From Lewinellaceae bacterium (GTDB taxonomy: Bacteria; Bacteroidota; Bacteroidia; Chitinophagales; Saprospiraceae), in NCBI GenBank assembly GCA_963757435.1, contig CAVWSC010000024.1, positions 22,238-86,237 of the forward strand: a stretch of DNA of 64,000 nt, written 5' to 3'. Both the position numbers and the translations under genes were made by a program. The notes below the pieces were generated by a model that was not told the origin of the DNA, made no database searches, and was given only the letters and a program-made list of their open reading frames with translations. Below, in pieces: positions 9,791-20,044 of the stretch. The first letter of the stretch is position 1. Each line of letters starts with the position of its first letter.

Positions 9791-11150
9791 ATGTTGATCA
9801 GGTTGGTTGTCGAAAATTTTATGTCCTTCAATGAGCGCCGGGAGTTCAATATGCTGCCGCAGCCGCGCTATCGGAAGTTGGAACACCATGTTTATCATGA
9901 GGATGACGTGGAACTGCTAAAAATGGCGGCTATCTACGGAGCGAATGCTTCGGGCAAGTCCAATTTGGTGAAGGCGATGCAGCTGATTGCAGGTGTAGCC
10001 GGAAACGAAAAACTACCCGAGAATTTACAACTGTGTAAATTTAGATTCGATAGCAATTGTGCAAGTAAACCAATTACGATAGGCATAGAGTTTATTCATC
10101 AAGAAGATGCTTATTTTTATACGATCCAATTCGGATCGGGATGAAGTAGTTGCGGAAGAGCTATACTTATCGGGGCTGGGGAATAGCGAAGATAGCCTGG
10201 TATATCAGAGAAGCAATGAAGGGAAAAAACCGTTCGTTAAACTTTTCGATAAATTTTATGAAAATGATGAAAATAGGTTGCTGATTGAAGTCTTAAATAA
10301 AAATATCTTCAAGAAGAATGAATCTGCGCTAAAATACCTGATTAACTCAGATAATGTAGCGTTAGATTTTTTGGAAGAATTCGTCGAGTGGTTTAGTGAA
10401 TACCTACTCGTTATCTATTCAGACTCAAGGTTTGGAATAGCACATTATCTTGATGATAATGAGGCCGGCCTGGCATTTGCGCGAAAACTTATCTCTACCT
10501 ATGATCTTGGCATTGCTGACATCGCAGTGGAAAAAATTAAGATAAAAGATTTTTTTGGAGAGAATAATAGCAGGGAAGCAAAGAACTTGATCGTAGAGAT
10601 CGAGGGAAATCCGGAGGTCGTTATTGGATTTACCAGCAGCAATGGAGATGAAGTAGTGGCGGCGATGGAATGTGGGGAGGTAATAATAAAGCGGTTAAAA
10701 ATTCTTCACAAAGGTATCGCTCAAGACTATCTCAGGTTAGATGAGGAATCTGACGGCACCAAGAGGCTAATCGACTTTATCCCTTTTTTACAGCAGATTG
10801 TAAACAACAAGCACATTTTTGTCATAGACGAAATCGAGCGGAGCTTACACCCGGCAATGATCAAAGAAATGGTTCGCAAATTCTCCCAAGATGAGCATAC
10901 GCTAGGCCAACTCATCTTCACCACGCACGAATCAAATCTACTCGACCAGGCCATCTTACGGCGAGACGAAATCTGGTTCACCGAAAAGGACCAGATGGGT
11001 GCTACGGACCTGTATTCGATGAGTAAGTTCAAGGAGCACCACACCATTGATATTCAGAAAGGCTATTTGGACGGTCGCTATGGTGGTATTCCTTTTACGG
11101 CTAATCTAAAAGACTTAAACTGGCACTTCCATGATACGGTCGAGAAGTAG
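9791..11150 (+). pseudogene. AAA_15/AAA_21-type (ABC/OLD-like) ATPase, disrupted by a frameshift near 10130-10145
   Basis: Walker A GANASGKSN in ORF 9791-10144; Walker B IFVIDEIERSLHP and TTHES in ORF 10107-11150; adjacent frames overlap; low-GC region. Confidence 0.6.
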
Positions 11151-11255
11151 AGTATTTAAGCGGGAGGAGCCGGAAGAGTTGGCCAAACTGTTCATCATCT
11201 TTTGCGAGGGGAGGAATAGGGAGTACGACTACAGAAGTTTTTAAAAGGCATACCC

Positions 11256-11362
11256 CCGTGAGGCACCTGGAGGGGGTCCGCGCAGCGGCAGTGCGCAGCA
11301 CCAAGGCGACAGCCGCGCCCGGAAGACGCCGACCCCGCCCAGAGGCGGGGGCACGGCCGAAA
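11256..11362 (-). repeat. REP-like element family A, copy 3 (reverse)
   Basis: GCGTGAGGCACCTGG…GGGGGCACGGCC reverse-complement of consensus. Confidence 0.65.
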
Positions 11363-11513
11363 ACCTCCGCTAAAAACACCGTCCGCTCCCCTCCAATCCC
11401 TTACCTTTGCGTAACTAATTCGCCGAACGGAACGTTAGTCCAAACCGGGCTACCTGATTACCGAATTTCCGCCGTTACCGCCTAACGGCCCGCTACTTAT
11501 AACAAACCGAACC

Positions 11514-13379
11514 ATGTTTCCTACTTATGACGTCATCGTTGTCGGCGCGGGCCACGCGGGTTGCGAGGCTGCCGTGGCCGCCGCTAACCTGGGCAGCCGC
11601 GTGTTGCTGGCCACCATGAATATGCAGACCATCGCGCAGATGAGCTGCAACCCCGCGATGGGCGGCGTGGCCAAGGGGCAGATTGTGCGGGAAATCGACG
11701 CGCTGGGCGGCTATTCGGGCATTATTACCGACCGGACGATGGTGCAGTTCCGGCTCCTGAACCGCTCGAAGGGGCCGGCCATGTGGAGTCCGCGCGCGCA
11801 GAGCGACCGGCAACGGTTTGCCGAAACATGGCGCATGATGCTGGAGGCGCACCCGAATATCGACTTCTGGCAGGAGATGGTGACCGGCATTATCGTCAAG
11901 GACGGCCGCGCCCGGGGCGTGTATACCAGCCTGGGCCTGGAGATTCCGGCCCGCTCGGTGATCCTGACCAACGGTACGTTTCTGAACGGCCTGATCCACA
12001 TCGGCGAAAAGCAGTTCGGCGGCGGCCGGGCCGGAGAGCGGGCGGCCACCGGGATCACGGCGCAACTGGTGGAACTGGGTTTCGAGGCGGGCCGCATGAA
12101 AACCGGCACCCCCGCACGGCTGGACGGCCGCAGTATCGACTATTCGCGGATGGAGGAACAGCCCGGCGATGAAAATCCCGGCCGGTTCAGCTATACGGAA
12201 ACGCCGCCGCTGACCGACCAGCTGCCCTGCCACATTACCTACACTAGCGCGGAGGTACACGAGACCCTGAAGGAGGGCTTTGACCGCTCGCCCATGTTCA
12301 ACGGCCGTATCCGGGGGCTGGGGCCGCGCTATTGCCCCTCCATCGAGGATAAGATCGACCGTTTTGCGGACCGCGACCGGCACCAGCTGTTTGTGGAACC
12401 CGAAGGGCGCAGTACCTGCGAGGTGTACGTGAATGGCTTTAGTTCTTCGCTGCCGGAGGACGTACAGTTCAAGGCCCTGCGCAAGATCGTGGGTTTTGAA
12501 AACGTGAAAATGTTCCGACCGGGCTACGCGATCGAATACGACTTTTTTCAGCCTACCCAACTCCGTTCCAGCCTGGAAACCAAGTTGGTGGCCAACCTAT
12601 TCTTCGCGGGCCAGATCAACGGCACCACGGGCTACGAGGAGGCCGGGGCGCAGGGCATGATGGCGGGATTTAACGCCCACCTGAAAATAAACGAGCGGGA
12701 TGCCTTTACCCTCAAGCGGTCGGAGGCTTATATCGGTGTGCTGATCGACGACCTGGTGACCAAGGGCACCAAGGAACCCTACCGGATGTTTACCAGCCGG
12801 GCGGAGTACCGCATTTTGCTGCGGCAGGACAATGCCGACCTGCGGCTGAGTCCGCTGGCGCACGCCCTGGGCGTGCGCGGCATGGACGAGCGCATGGAGC
12901 GCGTGCGCGTGAAGGAGGTCGGCACGGCCGCCATCCAGCGGGTGCTGGACGACGCGAGCGTGGCCCCCGACCAGTTGAATAATTACCTGGCCGAAATCGA
13001 CTCCGCCCCGCTGCGGCAGCAGGTCAAGGCGAGCAGTATCCTGCCCCGACCTCGCGTGGAACTGACCGAACTGGCCGCCCGCATCCCCGAGCTGGCTACC
13101 GAACTGGCCCGCCACGACGCCGAGACCGTGCAGATGGCCGAGGTAAATGCCAAGTATGCCGGTTATATCCAGCGCGAGCAACTGATGGTGGATAAGATGA
13201 ACCGTTTGGAAGGCATTCGCCTGCACGCCCACATGGACTTCAATGAACTCCGCGCCCTGAGCAAGGAATCACGTGAAAAACTGACCAAGCTGCGGCCCGA
13301 GACCATCGGTCAGGCGAGCCGGATCAGTGGGGTGAGTCCGTCGGATATTTCGGTGCTGCTGGTGCATTTGGGACGGTAA
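11514..13379 (+). CDS. mnmG: tRNA uridine-5-carboxymethylaminomethyl(34) synthesis enzyme MnmG (GidA)
   Basis: YDVIVVGAGHAGCEAA FAD motif and full-length GidA similarity. Confidence 0.95.
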   Translation: MFPTYDVIVVGAGHAGCEAAVAAANLGSRVLLATMNMQTIAQMSCNPAMGGVAKGQIVREIDALGGYSGIITDRTMVQFRLLNRSKGPAMWSPRAQSDRQRFAETWRMMLEAHPNIDFWQEMVTGIIVKDGRARGVYTSLGLEIPARSVILTNGTFLNGLIHIGEKQFGGGRAGERAATGITAQLVELGFEAGRMKTGTPARLDGRSIDYSRMEEQPGDENPGRFSYTETPPLTDQLPCHITYTSAEVHETLKEGFDRSPMFNGRIRGLGPRYCPSIEDKIDRFADRDRHQLFVEPEGRSTCEVYVNGFSSSLPEDVQFKALRKIVGFENVKMFRPGYAIEYDFFQPTQLRSSLETKLVANLFFAGQINGTTGYEEAGAQGMMAGFNAHLKINERDAFTLKRSEAYIGVLIDDLVTKGTKEPYRMFTSRAEYRILLRQDNADLRLSPLAHALGVRGMDERMERVRVKEVGTAAIQRVLDDASVAPDQLNNYLAEIDSAPLRQQVKASSILPRPRVELTELAARIPELATELARHDAETVQMAEVNAKYAGYIQREQLMVDKMNRLEGIRLHAHMDFNELRALSKESREKLTKLRPETIGQASRISGVSPSDISVLLVHLGR

Positions 13380-13396
13380 GGCACTAATGCTTATTT

Positions 13397-14695
13397 TTGG
13401 AGAAAAAAGGGATGCTTAACGAAACGACGCCCGCCTGGCTGCGCCAGGCGGAAGAGACGCTGATCCGCTATGCCGGCTCCTTTAGCGATATCCTGGTAGA
13501 TCGCGCCGGGGGATCCTATTTTCGTACGGTGGATGGGCGGGAAATACTCGATTTTACTTCGGGCCAGATGTGTTCGCTTTTTGGGCACAACCACCCGGAA
13601 CTGACGGCCGCGCTGGTGCCCGAAAAAGGTGCCGCCATTCATTTACTGAGTACCATCCTTTCGCCGCCGGTGATCGAACTGAGCCGAGCCCTCGCGGACC
13701 TGCTACCGCCAAACCTGCAGAAAAGTATTTTCATCAGTACCGGATCGGAATCCAACGAGGTGGCGATCCGGATGGCCAAACTGTACACCGGCGGGTTCGA
13801 GGTGATCGGTTTCGTAGGGGCGTGGCACGGCATGACGGCGGGTGCCCAGTCTCACACCTATATGAATACCCGCCGGGGTTACGGACCGGTAATGCCGGGA
13901 AGCTTTGCGTTGCCGGCCCCTAATTGCTACCGGTGTCCGGTGCGGCACTGTGAGGACCGTTGTGACACTACCTGTCTGGAGGTGGGCATGAGCCTGGTCG
14001 ATCGTCAGTCGGTAGGCGCGTACGCGGCATTTATCGCCGAACCGATCCTGAGCGCAGCGGGGGTCATCGAGTTGACCTCCGATTACCTGAGGCGGCTGCG
14101 CGAATTGTGCGACGAGCGGGGGCTGCTCCTGATCTACGATGAAGCGCAGACGGGCATGGGCCGCCTGGGCGAAAATTTTGGCTTCGAGGAAAGCGGCGTA
14201 GTGCCGGATTTTCTGACCTTATCCAAAACCCTGGGCGGCGGTTTGCCGCTGGCGGCCACCATTACCAGTTCAGGAATAGAAGAAGCGTGCCACGAGCGAG
14301 GATTTATCAACGTCACCTCGCACGTTTCCGATCCATTACCCGCCCGCGTAGGTCTGGCGGTGCTGCGCATCCTGATCCGCGACGCCATGCAGCAGCGTGC
14401 GGCGGAAATGGGCAACTACCTGAAGAGTAGACTGCTGGAATTGCAGGAAAAACACGATTGCATCGGCGACGTGCGCGGCCGCGGCCTCTTGCTGGGGGTG
14501 GAGATCGTAACGGACCGTACTTCAAAGGAGCCAGACCCTGACCTGGGAGATACCATCTCCCGTATTTGCCTGAAGAATGGTCTCAGTATGAATATCGTGC
14601 GGATCAAGGGAATGGGGGGCATCTTTCGGATCGCACCACCGCTGACGGTAAGCCGGGAGGAGATTGACCGGGGTGTAGCGATTCTGGATGCGTAG
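13397..14695 (+). CDS. class III (aspartate aminotransferase fold) PLP-dependent aminotransferase
   Basis: …DEAQTGMGRLG… and SKTLGGG motifs typical of class-III aminotransferases. Confidence 0.8.
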   Translation: MEKKGMLNETTPAWLRQAEETLIRYAGSFSDILVDRAGGSYFRTVDGREILDFTSGQMCSLFGHNHPELTAALVPEKGAAIHLLSTILSPPVIELSRALADLLPPNLQKSIFISTGSESNEVAIRMAKLYTGGFEVIGFVGAWHGMTAGAQSHTYMNTRRGYGPVMPGSFALPAPNCYRCPVRHCEDRCDTTCLEVGMSLVDRQSVGAYAAFIAEPILSAAGVIELTSDYLRRLRELCDERGLLLIYDEAQTGMGRLGENFGFEESGVVPDFLTLSKTLGGGLPLAATITSSGIEEACHERGFINVTSHVSDPLPARVGLAVLRILIRDAMQQRAAEMGNYLKSRLLELQEKHDCIGDVRGRGLLLGVEIVTDRTSKEPDPDLGDTISRICLKNGLSMNIVRIKGMGGIFRIAPPLTVSREEIDRGVAILDA

Positions 14696-14790
14696 ATTAG
14701 GGAAAGCCTCGGGTAAACCCAGGAAATTCCTGTTTCAACCAACGCTTTTGTTTCGCTATCCCGTCTGGCAGGAAAACAAAACACCTTGCC

Positions 14791-15402
14791 ATGTCCAAGT
14801 ACTTATTATGCTGCCTTCTCGCCCTATCCGCCATTCTGGGATTCAACAGTTGTGATGACGACGATGCGCCCTTCGATCCCCTCGAGAACGAACGCCAGAT
14901 CAGCCAGCTGACTGGCTGGGAAACCGAAGTTTTCAAAGAGCAGCACAGCATCCAATTTCCCGCCGATCTCTACACCGGTAACGGTGCCCAGGGATTCGAG
15001 GGCCTGTTCTTTAGCAAAACCCGAACGGATAACCGCGTTTTTTTCGTTTACAACTACTGCGAGAGCGGCCTGTACTGCGAGCCGCTGGGCGATCAAACCC
15101 TGCCCGCGCAACCCGGTGACGCCGTCGATCTGATCGACCCGCTCGTGACAGTGGAAGCCGGTATCGACCTCGACCAGCGTATCGAATACCTGGACGGCGA
15201 CCAAACGGTGGGCTATTTCTACTATCGTTCCTGCTTTCCGGGAGTAATCACCGGAGAACCAAACGTGGACGGTGCTTACGGCCGCTACTTCATGCGCCGC
15301 GCGGGCACGAATGAGTTCGTGGAGGGCGTGGATGTCGTCTTCGACTACGCGCTGCGGGAAGAGATATTCTCTATCATCGGTACGGTGATCGCTACGAACT
15401 AA
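14791..15402 (+). CDS. hypothetical lipoprotein
   Basis: Signal peptide LLALSAILGFNSC; acidic stretch; no family recognised. Confidence 0.45.
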   Translation: MSKYLLCCLLALSAILGFNSCDDDDAPFDPLENERQISQLTGWETEVFKEQHSIQFPADLYTGNGAQGFEGLFFSKTRTDNRVFFVYNYCESGLYCEPLGDQTLPAQPGDAVDLIDPLVTVEAGIDLDQRIEYLDGDQTVGYFYYRSCFPGVITGEPNVDGAYGRYFMRRAGTNEFVEGVDVVFDYALREEIFSIIGTVIATN

Positions 15403-15431
15403 CTTTTAGCACAACTGATCGCTAAAATTAA

Positions 15432-15462
15432 GAAGGCTGCCGACCATTGGTCGGCAGCCTTC
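15432..15462. terminator. bidirectional stem-loop between convergent genes
   Basis: Perfect 14-bp inverted repeat GAAGGCTGCCGACC/GGTCGGCAGCCTTC, 3-nt loop; T-rich tail on minus strand (TTAATTTTAG). Confidence 0.55.
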
Positions 15463-15497
15463 TATATGTGGATCAAGTTTAAAGGTAGCAGCTAAGG

Positions 15498-16448
15498 CTA
15501 CTTGCTCCGATTGACCGATTGGCGAATGTACTCGCCCCATGTCAGGTTATCCTGGCCGGGCACCTGGGCCTGAGCACGCTCGATCGCGTACTTGGCGGCG
15601 TGCTCGATCACCCACTCGAAGTTTTCCTGGCCTACCGACCAGCTGTCGGCATCCGGGGCGGGATTGCAGAAGTCGATAGCGTAGGGAATACCGTCGCGGA
15701 CGGCAAACTCGACCGTGTTGAAGTCATAACCCAGCCACTTATTTAGTTGCAGTACACCGTCGGTGATCTCCTGCATCAGTTCGTCCGATACATCGAAGTG
15801 AGCCTTGTAGCGTTCGTGGAACTCGTTGCGGGGTTCGTAGTGCATCACGCGCACGTATTTACCGCCGATGCAGTAGCAGCGGAAGTAGCTGGTGAAGTCG
15901 ATCGCCTCCTGGAGCATCATCACCAGTTGACCGGTCTCGGAGTGGGCCTTGAACAGCTCCTCCTTATTATTGACCTTATAGACGCTTTTCCAGCCGCCGC
16001 CCGTGTGGGGTTTCATGAAAGCGGGAAAACCGATGTGACCGAGCATCCCTTCCCAGTCCAGTGGGTAAGCGAGGTTGCTAAAGCTTTCGTCGGCCGTATC
16101 ATCGGGCTTTTCGTAGCTGGGCAGCAGTACCGTTTTGGGCACGGCTATCTTGGCGGGGCCGACAGCCAGTACGTTATTGAAAAACTTCTCGTCGGCACTC
16201 CACCAGAAGGGGTTATTGATGACGGCCGTACCGGTGGCGGCGGCGTTTTTGAGCATGGCGCGGTAGAAGGGCACGTCCTGCGAGATCCGGTCGATGATTA
16301 CGGCGTAGCCGGGGTTATGGCCCTGGGCCACTTTGTCGATCTTGACCGCCTCGGCGGTGATGCCGTCGACCTTCATGTCGTTGATGCGCTGAATGAGAGC
16401 AGGCGGGAAGGAGCGTTCGCGTCCGTAGAGAATTCCAATTTTCTTCAT
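15498..16448 (-). CDS. ATP-grasp family protein (RimK/glutathione-synthetase-like)
   Basis: N-terminal MKKIGILYGRER…pre-ATP-grasp and central ATP-grasp-like segments; function uncertain. Confidence 0.55.
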   Translation of the reverse strand: MKKIGILYGRERSFPPALIQRINDMKVDGITAEAVKIDKVAQGHNPGYAVIIDRISQDVPFYRAMLKNAAATGTAVINNPFWWSADEKFFNNVLAVGPAKIAVPKTVLLPSYEKPDDTADESFSNLAYPLDWEGMLGHIGFPAFMKPHTGGGWKSVYKVNNKEELFKAHSETGQLVMMLQEAIDFTSYFRCYCIGGKYVRVMHYEPRNEFHERYKAHFDVSDELMQEITDGVLQLNKWLGYDFNTVEFAVRDGIPYAIDFCNPAPDADSWSVGQENFEWVIEHAAKYAIERAQAQVPGQDNLTWGEYIRQSVNRSK

Positions 16449-16667
16449 GGTGTGGGTGTGGTTTCGGGGGAAAAGATAGTAATATTTGGTTGGGTGATGT
16501 ACGCATATTTACGAACAGCTCCGAAATCTGGACTAATTTTGTTCCTTATTCCGGCCCACCACTCTCGCCTATTCACCTAACTTACTGACTCATAACCGCT
16601 TCTTTACCTCGACAAAAATAAGCCTCCGAAAACCCTCCGGCCGGCTATCCTCCTTACCTTCGCGCCC

Positions 16668-16952
16668 ATGATCCGCTACACCCGCCACGGTCTGAAGAAA
16701 CTCGAAGAGCTTTTCAAGGAGATCGATTACACCGTCCGCTACGAAAAGGGCAATTTCCAGTCGGGCTACTGTTTGGTTGAAAACCGGCGCATCGCCGTTA
16801 TCAGCAAATTCTTCGATACCGAGGCCCGCATTAATTGTCTCCTCGAAATCCTCGACCAATCGGATATCGAAGAACGCGCTGAAGGGCTTGGCGATAGTAG
16901 TGCCAAACTCTACCGGGATATTTTGCGTGTGCGATCGGAGGAGGAGGAATAG
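16668..16952 (+). CDS. hypothetical protein
   Basis: 94-aa ORF with acidic C-terminus; codon usage consistent; no family. Confidence 0.35.
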   Translation: MIRYTRHGLKKLEELFKEIDYTVRYEKGNFQSGYCLVENRRIAVISKFFDTEARINCLLEILDQSDIEERAEGLGDSSAKLYRDILRVRSEEEE

Positions 16953-17127
16953 GTTTTTTGGGAAGATTTTGTAGAAGATTAGCCCACGGAGTTACTTGGA
17001 GTTTAGCAGGGAGTTTCACGGAGTTTTTTTGCACGCTGGGTGAAAACAGCAAGTGAGGAGATGGCATAATTTCCGCAACGGTAGTTTACGCGCCACTATT
17101 ATTTCTACTGCTTCGCTCGTTGCTCAT

Positions 17128-17246
17128 GGCATGCCCGCCGGGCGGCCGCCCGGCGGTCGGTCCCTTCCAGGCTCGCAAGTCTGCTCGGCCCCTCCGCTAC
17201 GCTGCGGGTCTCCGGCTGTCCGCCGGCCCTTCCAGGCACCTCACGC
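17128..17246 (+). repeat. REP-like element family A, copy 4
   Basis: …GGTCGGTCCCTTCCAGGCTCGC…CCTTCCAGGCACCTCACGC. Confidence 0.7.
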
Positions 17247-17249
17247 AAC

Positions 17250-18539
17250 GTGTATCCGCAGGGCACGAAATTTGATTTTTACGATACCTCTCAACGCACC
17301 AACCTTTTGTCCATCGCTTACTCCATCACCACCTGCCTGCCTTCCAATTGGAAGGATTTCCACCAGACCCTTGATCACGTCTACGCGGGCGACCCGCTCT
17401 ACGTGCATCCGTTGCGGGAGGATATCGAAGGCATTTTCAGCGATAATAACCAGGCTTGCACCGCTGGAGAGCACCAGCGGTGGGTGGTCAAAGACGAACG
17501 CGGCCGCCCCGTGGGCCGGATCGCGGCCTTCATCGACCGCAAGCGCCACACCGAACTGCCGAACGAATTACCCACCGGCGGCATCGGCTTTTTCGAGAGT
17601 ATCAACGACAAGAGCATTGCCGATCTCCTGCTGGACACGGCCGAAAACTGGCTGCGCGAGCGAGGCATGACCGTGGTGGAGGGGCCGATCAACTTCGGCG
17701 AGCGGGATAAATTTTGGGGGCTGCTCACGCGGGGCTGGTACCGGCCCGTCTATCAGGAAACCTACAACCCGCCCTATTACCGGACCTGGCTGGAGGAGCG
17801 CGGCTACACCCCCCACGAACAGTGCCTCACCATGCGCGGCTGCGTGGCCGAGTTCCCTATCGACCGCCTTTCCCGCCTCGCCGCCCGCATCCGGGAACGC
17901 AACGGACTGTACACCAAACAGGTGACCAAAAACAACCTCCGCGAGGGGGCCGACGATTTTGCCGCCGCCTACAACGCCGCTTTCTCGCACTGGCCCTACT
18001 TCAAGCCGCTCTCCGGCGACGACGTCTACCCCACCTTCCAGCAGATGAAGCCCATCTTGGACAAGCACCTTACCTGCATTGCCTATAACCCCGAGGGGCG
18101 GCCCATCGGCTTGGCCGGCCTCATTCCCGATATCAACTGTTTCCTGCCGGGGCTGGGGGGGCGGCTCAACTGGAAAACGCTTCCCCGTTTCCTCTACCGC
18201 TTAAAATTTCAGCGCGAGCGGAACTGTAAGGGCATCGCCTTCGGAATAGCCCAGGACTACCAGCGGCTGGGCGTTTTCCCGCTCATGATCGACGCCATGT
18301 GGCACAGCGGCAACGACCACAACCCCCGCGTCTACCGCTACGTGGACATGGCCACCATCCGCGGCCACAACGACCTGATGGTGGCTACCTGCCGCCAACT
18401 CAATACGGAGATTCACCGGGTCCACATTGCTTATCGCAAGGCCCTCGTGGCCGGTGCTACGTGGGAGCCTTTCCAGCAGTTGGACGTGAGTGAGGTGGCG
18501 CTGGGGGAAGTAGGGTTTTGGGAAGAAAGTATGGGTTAG
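17250..18539 (+). CDS. hypothetical protein, possibly acyl-CoA N-acyltransferase (GNAT/FemAB-like) fold
   Basis: 429-aa ORF with good coding statistics; weak similarity impression only. Confidence 0.45.
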   Translation: MYPQGTKFDFYDTSQRTNLLSIAYSITTCLPSNWKDFHQTLDHVYAGDPLYVHPLREDIEGIFSDNNQACTAGEHQRWVVKDERGRPVGRIAAFIDRKRHTELPNELPTGGIGFFESINDKSIADLLLDTAENWLRERGMTVVEGPINFGERDKFWGLLTRGWYRPVYQETYNPPYYRTWLEERGYTPHEQCLTMRGCVAEFPIDRLSRLAARIRERNGLYTKQVTKNNLREGADDFAAAYNAAFSHWPYFKPLSGDDVYPTFQQMKPILDKHLTCIAYNPEGRPIGLAGLIPDINCFLPGLGGRLNWKTLPRFLYRLKFQRERNCKGIAFGIAQDYQRLGVFPLMIDAMWHSGNDHNPRVYRYVDMATIRGHNDLMVATCRQLNTEIHRVHIAYRKALVAGATWEPFQQLDVSEVALGEVGFWEESMG

Positions 18540-18587
18540 AGCGGACGTTGCGCGATTTTTCCTGGCTATTTGACCAGTCTCAGTTAA

Positions 18588-19754
18588 GAGCGTGTCTAAA
18601 TTTTTACTTCTTGAGAACCAAGTATTAGACTTGATGCGGCCAATGTTAACTCCGTATCTTTGAGCTAAAATGCTATCTGAAGTTCGATATCCAACATCTG
18701 CCCGAGAATGGCAAGCAGTCATAGGCCTTGATAATGAGCATTTTATACATCTTCATGATTTATGTGCTAACTTTTTACTTGAAAGAGATGGCTGCAGTTA
18801 CGAGCATAGAATTTCATTAAATCCTAATAAAAAATCCACTCGTTTCAAATCGCTTAAAGAATTGATATTTGCGACATTGATGGTTTTAAAATCAGGAATT
18901 ACTTTTGATTTATTTGGTTTTATAATCAATCTTGATCAAGCAAATGCGTTGAGGAAATTCAGAGACGGCATTGCAATTGTACACGATACTCTTGAAGTTG
19001 AGGGGTACATTCCGATAAGAGATTTCACTGATATTGAGTATTTTCATAATCAGTTCACAAAAGGTGAAACCCTAATTCTTGATGGTACGGAGCAGTATAT
19101 TCAACGCCCTTCTAATCAGGAGGAACAAAAATTATTTTACAGCGGAAAGAAAAAGCATCACACAGCTAAAACGTTGATCATAAGTACAATGGATAAATAC
19201 ATTCATTATGTTAGTTATCTTTATGTCGGCAAATCACATGATTTCTCAATTCTTAAAGAAGAATTTCCTCCCGGTGAATCTTGGTTTGATCCGTTTACAA
19301 TTCGAGTTGATTCAGGATATCAAGGTTTTGAAAAACCTTATCCTAATGCCAAGACTTACATTCCGGCAAAAAAGCCTAGAGGTGGAGAATTAACTGAAGA
19401 GCAAAAAGAGAGTAATCGACAATTAGCAAAAGTCAGAATTAAAGTCGAGCACGCTATTGGTGGGATGAAAAGATTTGACATCATGTCGAATACTTGCAGA
19501 ATCCATGACTTTGATATTTTTAATACTGTAACAGGAACTTGTGCTGGACTTTGGAACTATTTCATTACTAAGCAGTTATAGGTTGCAGGTTGTTAACATT
19601 GGCCGCATCAATTCTATTAAAGAACCTGGCGTCATAAAAACTTACTTACGTAACCCGCTATGCGCGCAAGTTTTTATTTAGCCAGGTTCTTAACCACGAA
19701 GTAGCCGCGAAGCGAATCATTGATCCTCAGTTCTTAAAAATTTCAGACACGCTC
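18588..19754 (+). mobile_element. IS5-family (DDE_Tnp_4 / IS1031-ISL2-like) insertion sequence, complete, 1167 bp, flanked by TAA target duplications
   Basis: Terminal inverted repeats GAGCGTGTCT(A/G)AATTTTTA at both ends; TAA at 18585-18587 and 19755-19757; low GC; internal transposase ORF. Confidence 0.8.
18670..19581 (+). CDS. IS5-family DDE transposase (DDE_Tnp_4 / Harbinger-PIF-like)
   Basis: DGTEQYIQRP…YSGKKKHHTAK…DSGYQG… DDE_Tnp_4 signature. Confidence 0.8.
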   Translation: MLSEVRYPTSAREWQAVIGLDNEHFIHLHDLCANFLLERDGCSYEHRISLNPNKKSTRFKSLKELIFATLMVLKSGITFDLFGFIINLDQANALRKFRDGIAIVHDTLEVEGYIPIRDFTDIEYFHNQFTKGETLILDGTEQYIQRPSNQEEQKLFYSGKKKHHTAKTLIISTMDKYIHYVSYLYVGKSHDFSILKEEFPPGESWFDPFTIRVDSGYQGFEKPYPNAKTYIPAKKPRGGELTEEQKESNRQLAKVRIKVEHAIGGMKRFDIMSNTCRIHDFDIFNTVTGTCAGLWNYFITKQL

Positions 19755-20044
19755 TAAATCCCTCGTGAGGCATCTGGAAAGCACGACCATCGGGAGATAT
19801 GTGGAGCATCGAGCGGAAATGAAGCCCGGAAGATGCCGACCTCTTGTCCGCCGCTGCGGCAGGGGTACACACTTAAAATAGTTTTTTTTAGATAGATACG
19901 ATATTGATCTTTGATATTCATACTTGTCTATTCGTGCCGTAGAGAAATGGTTGTGCAAAATAGGGTCAATTAGTAGGCTGTCCAGTTTATCAGGCTTGAA
20001 CGAATACAGGTTTTGCACTCGCTTCTTGGAGACCTCTCCCCCGG

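Noticed and set aside
9791-11150. Two separate genes (117 aa and 347 aa)
   Set aside because: The Walker A and Walker B halves of one ATPase lie in adjacent overlapping frames, so this is a single frameshifted gene.
11493-12560. 355-aa minus-strand ORF
   Set aside because: It lies entirely antisense within mnmG, a GC-rich frame artefact.
15747-16580. 277-aa plus-strand ORF
   Set aside because: It is antisense to the ATP-grasp gene.
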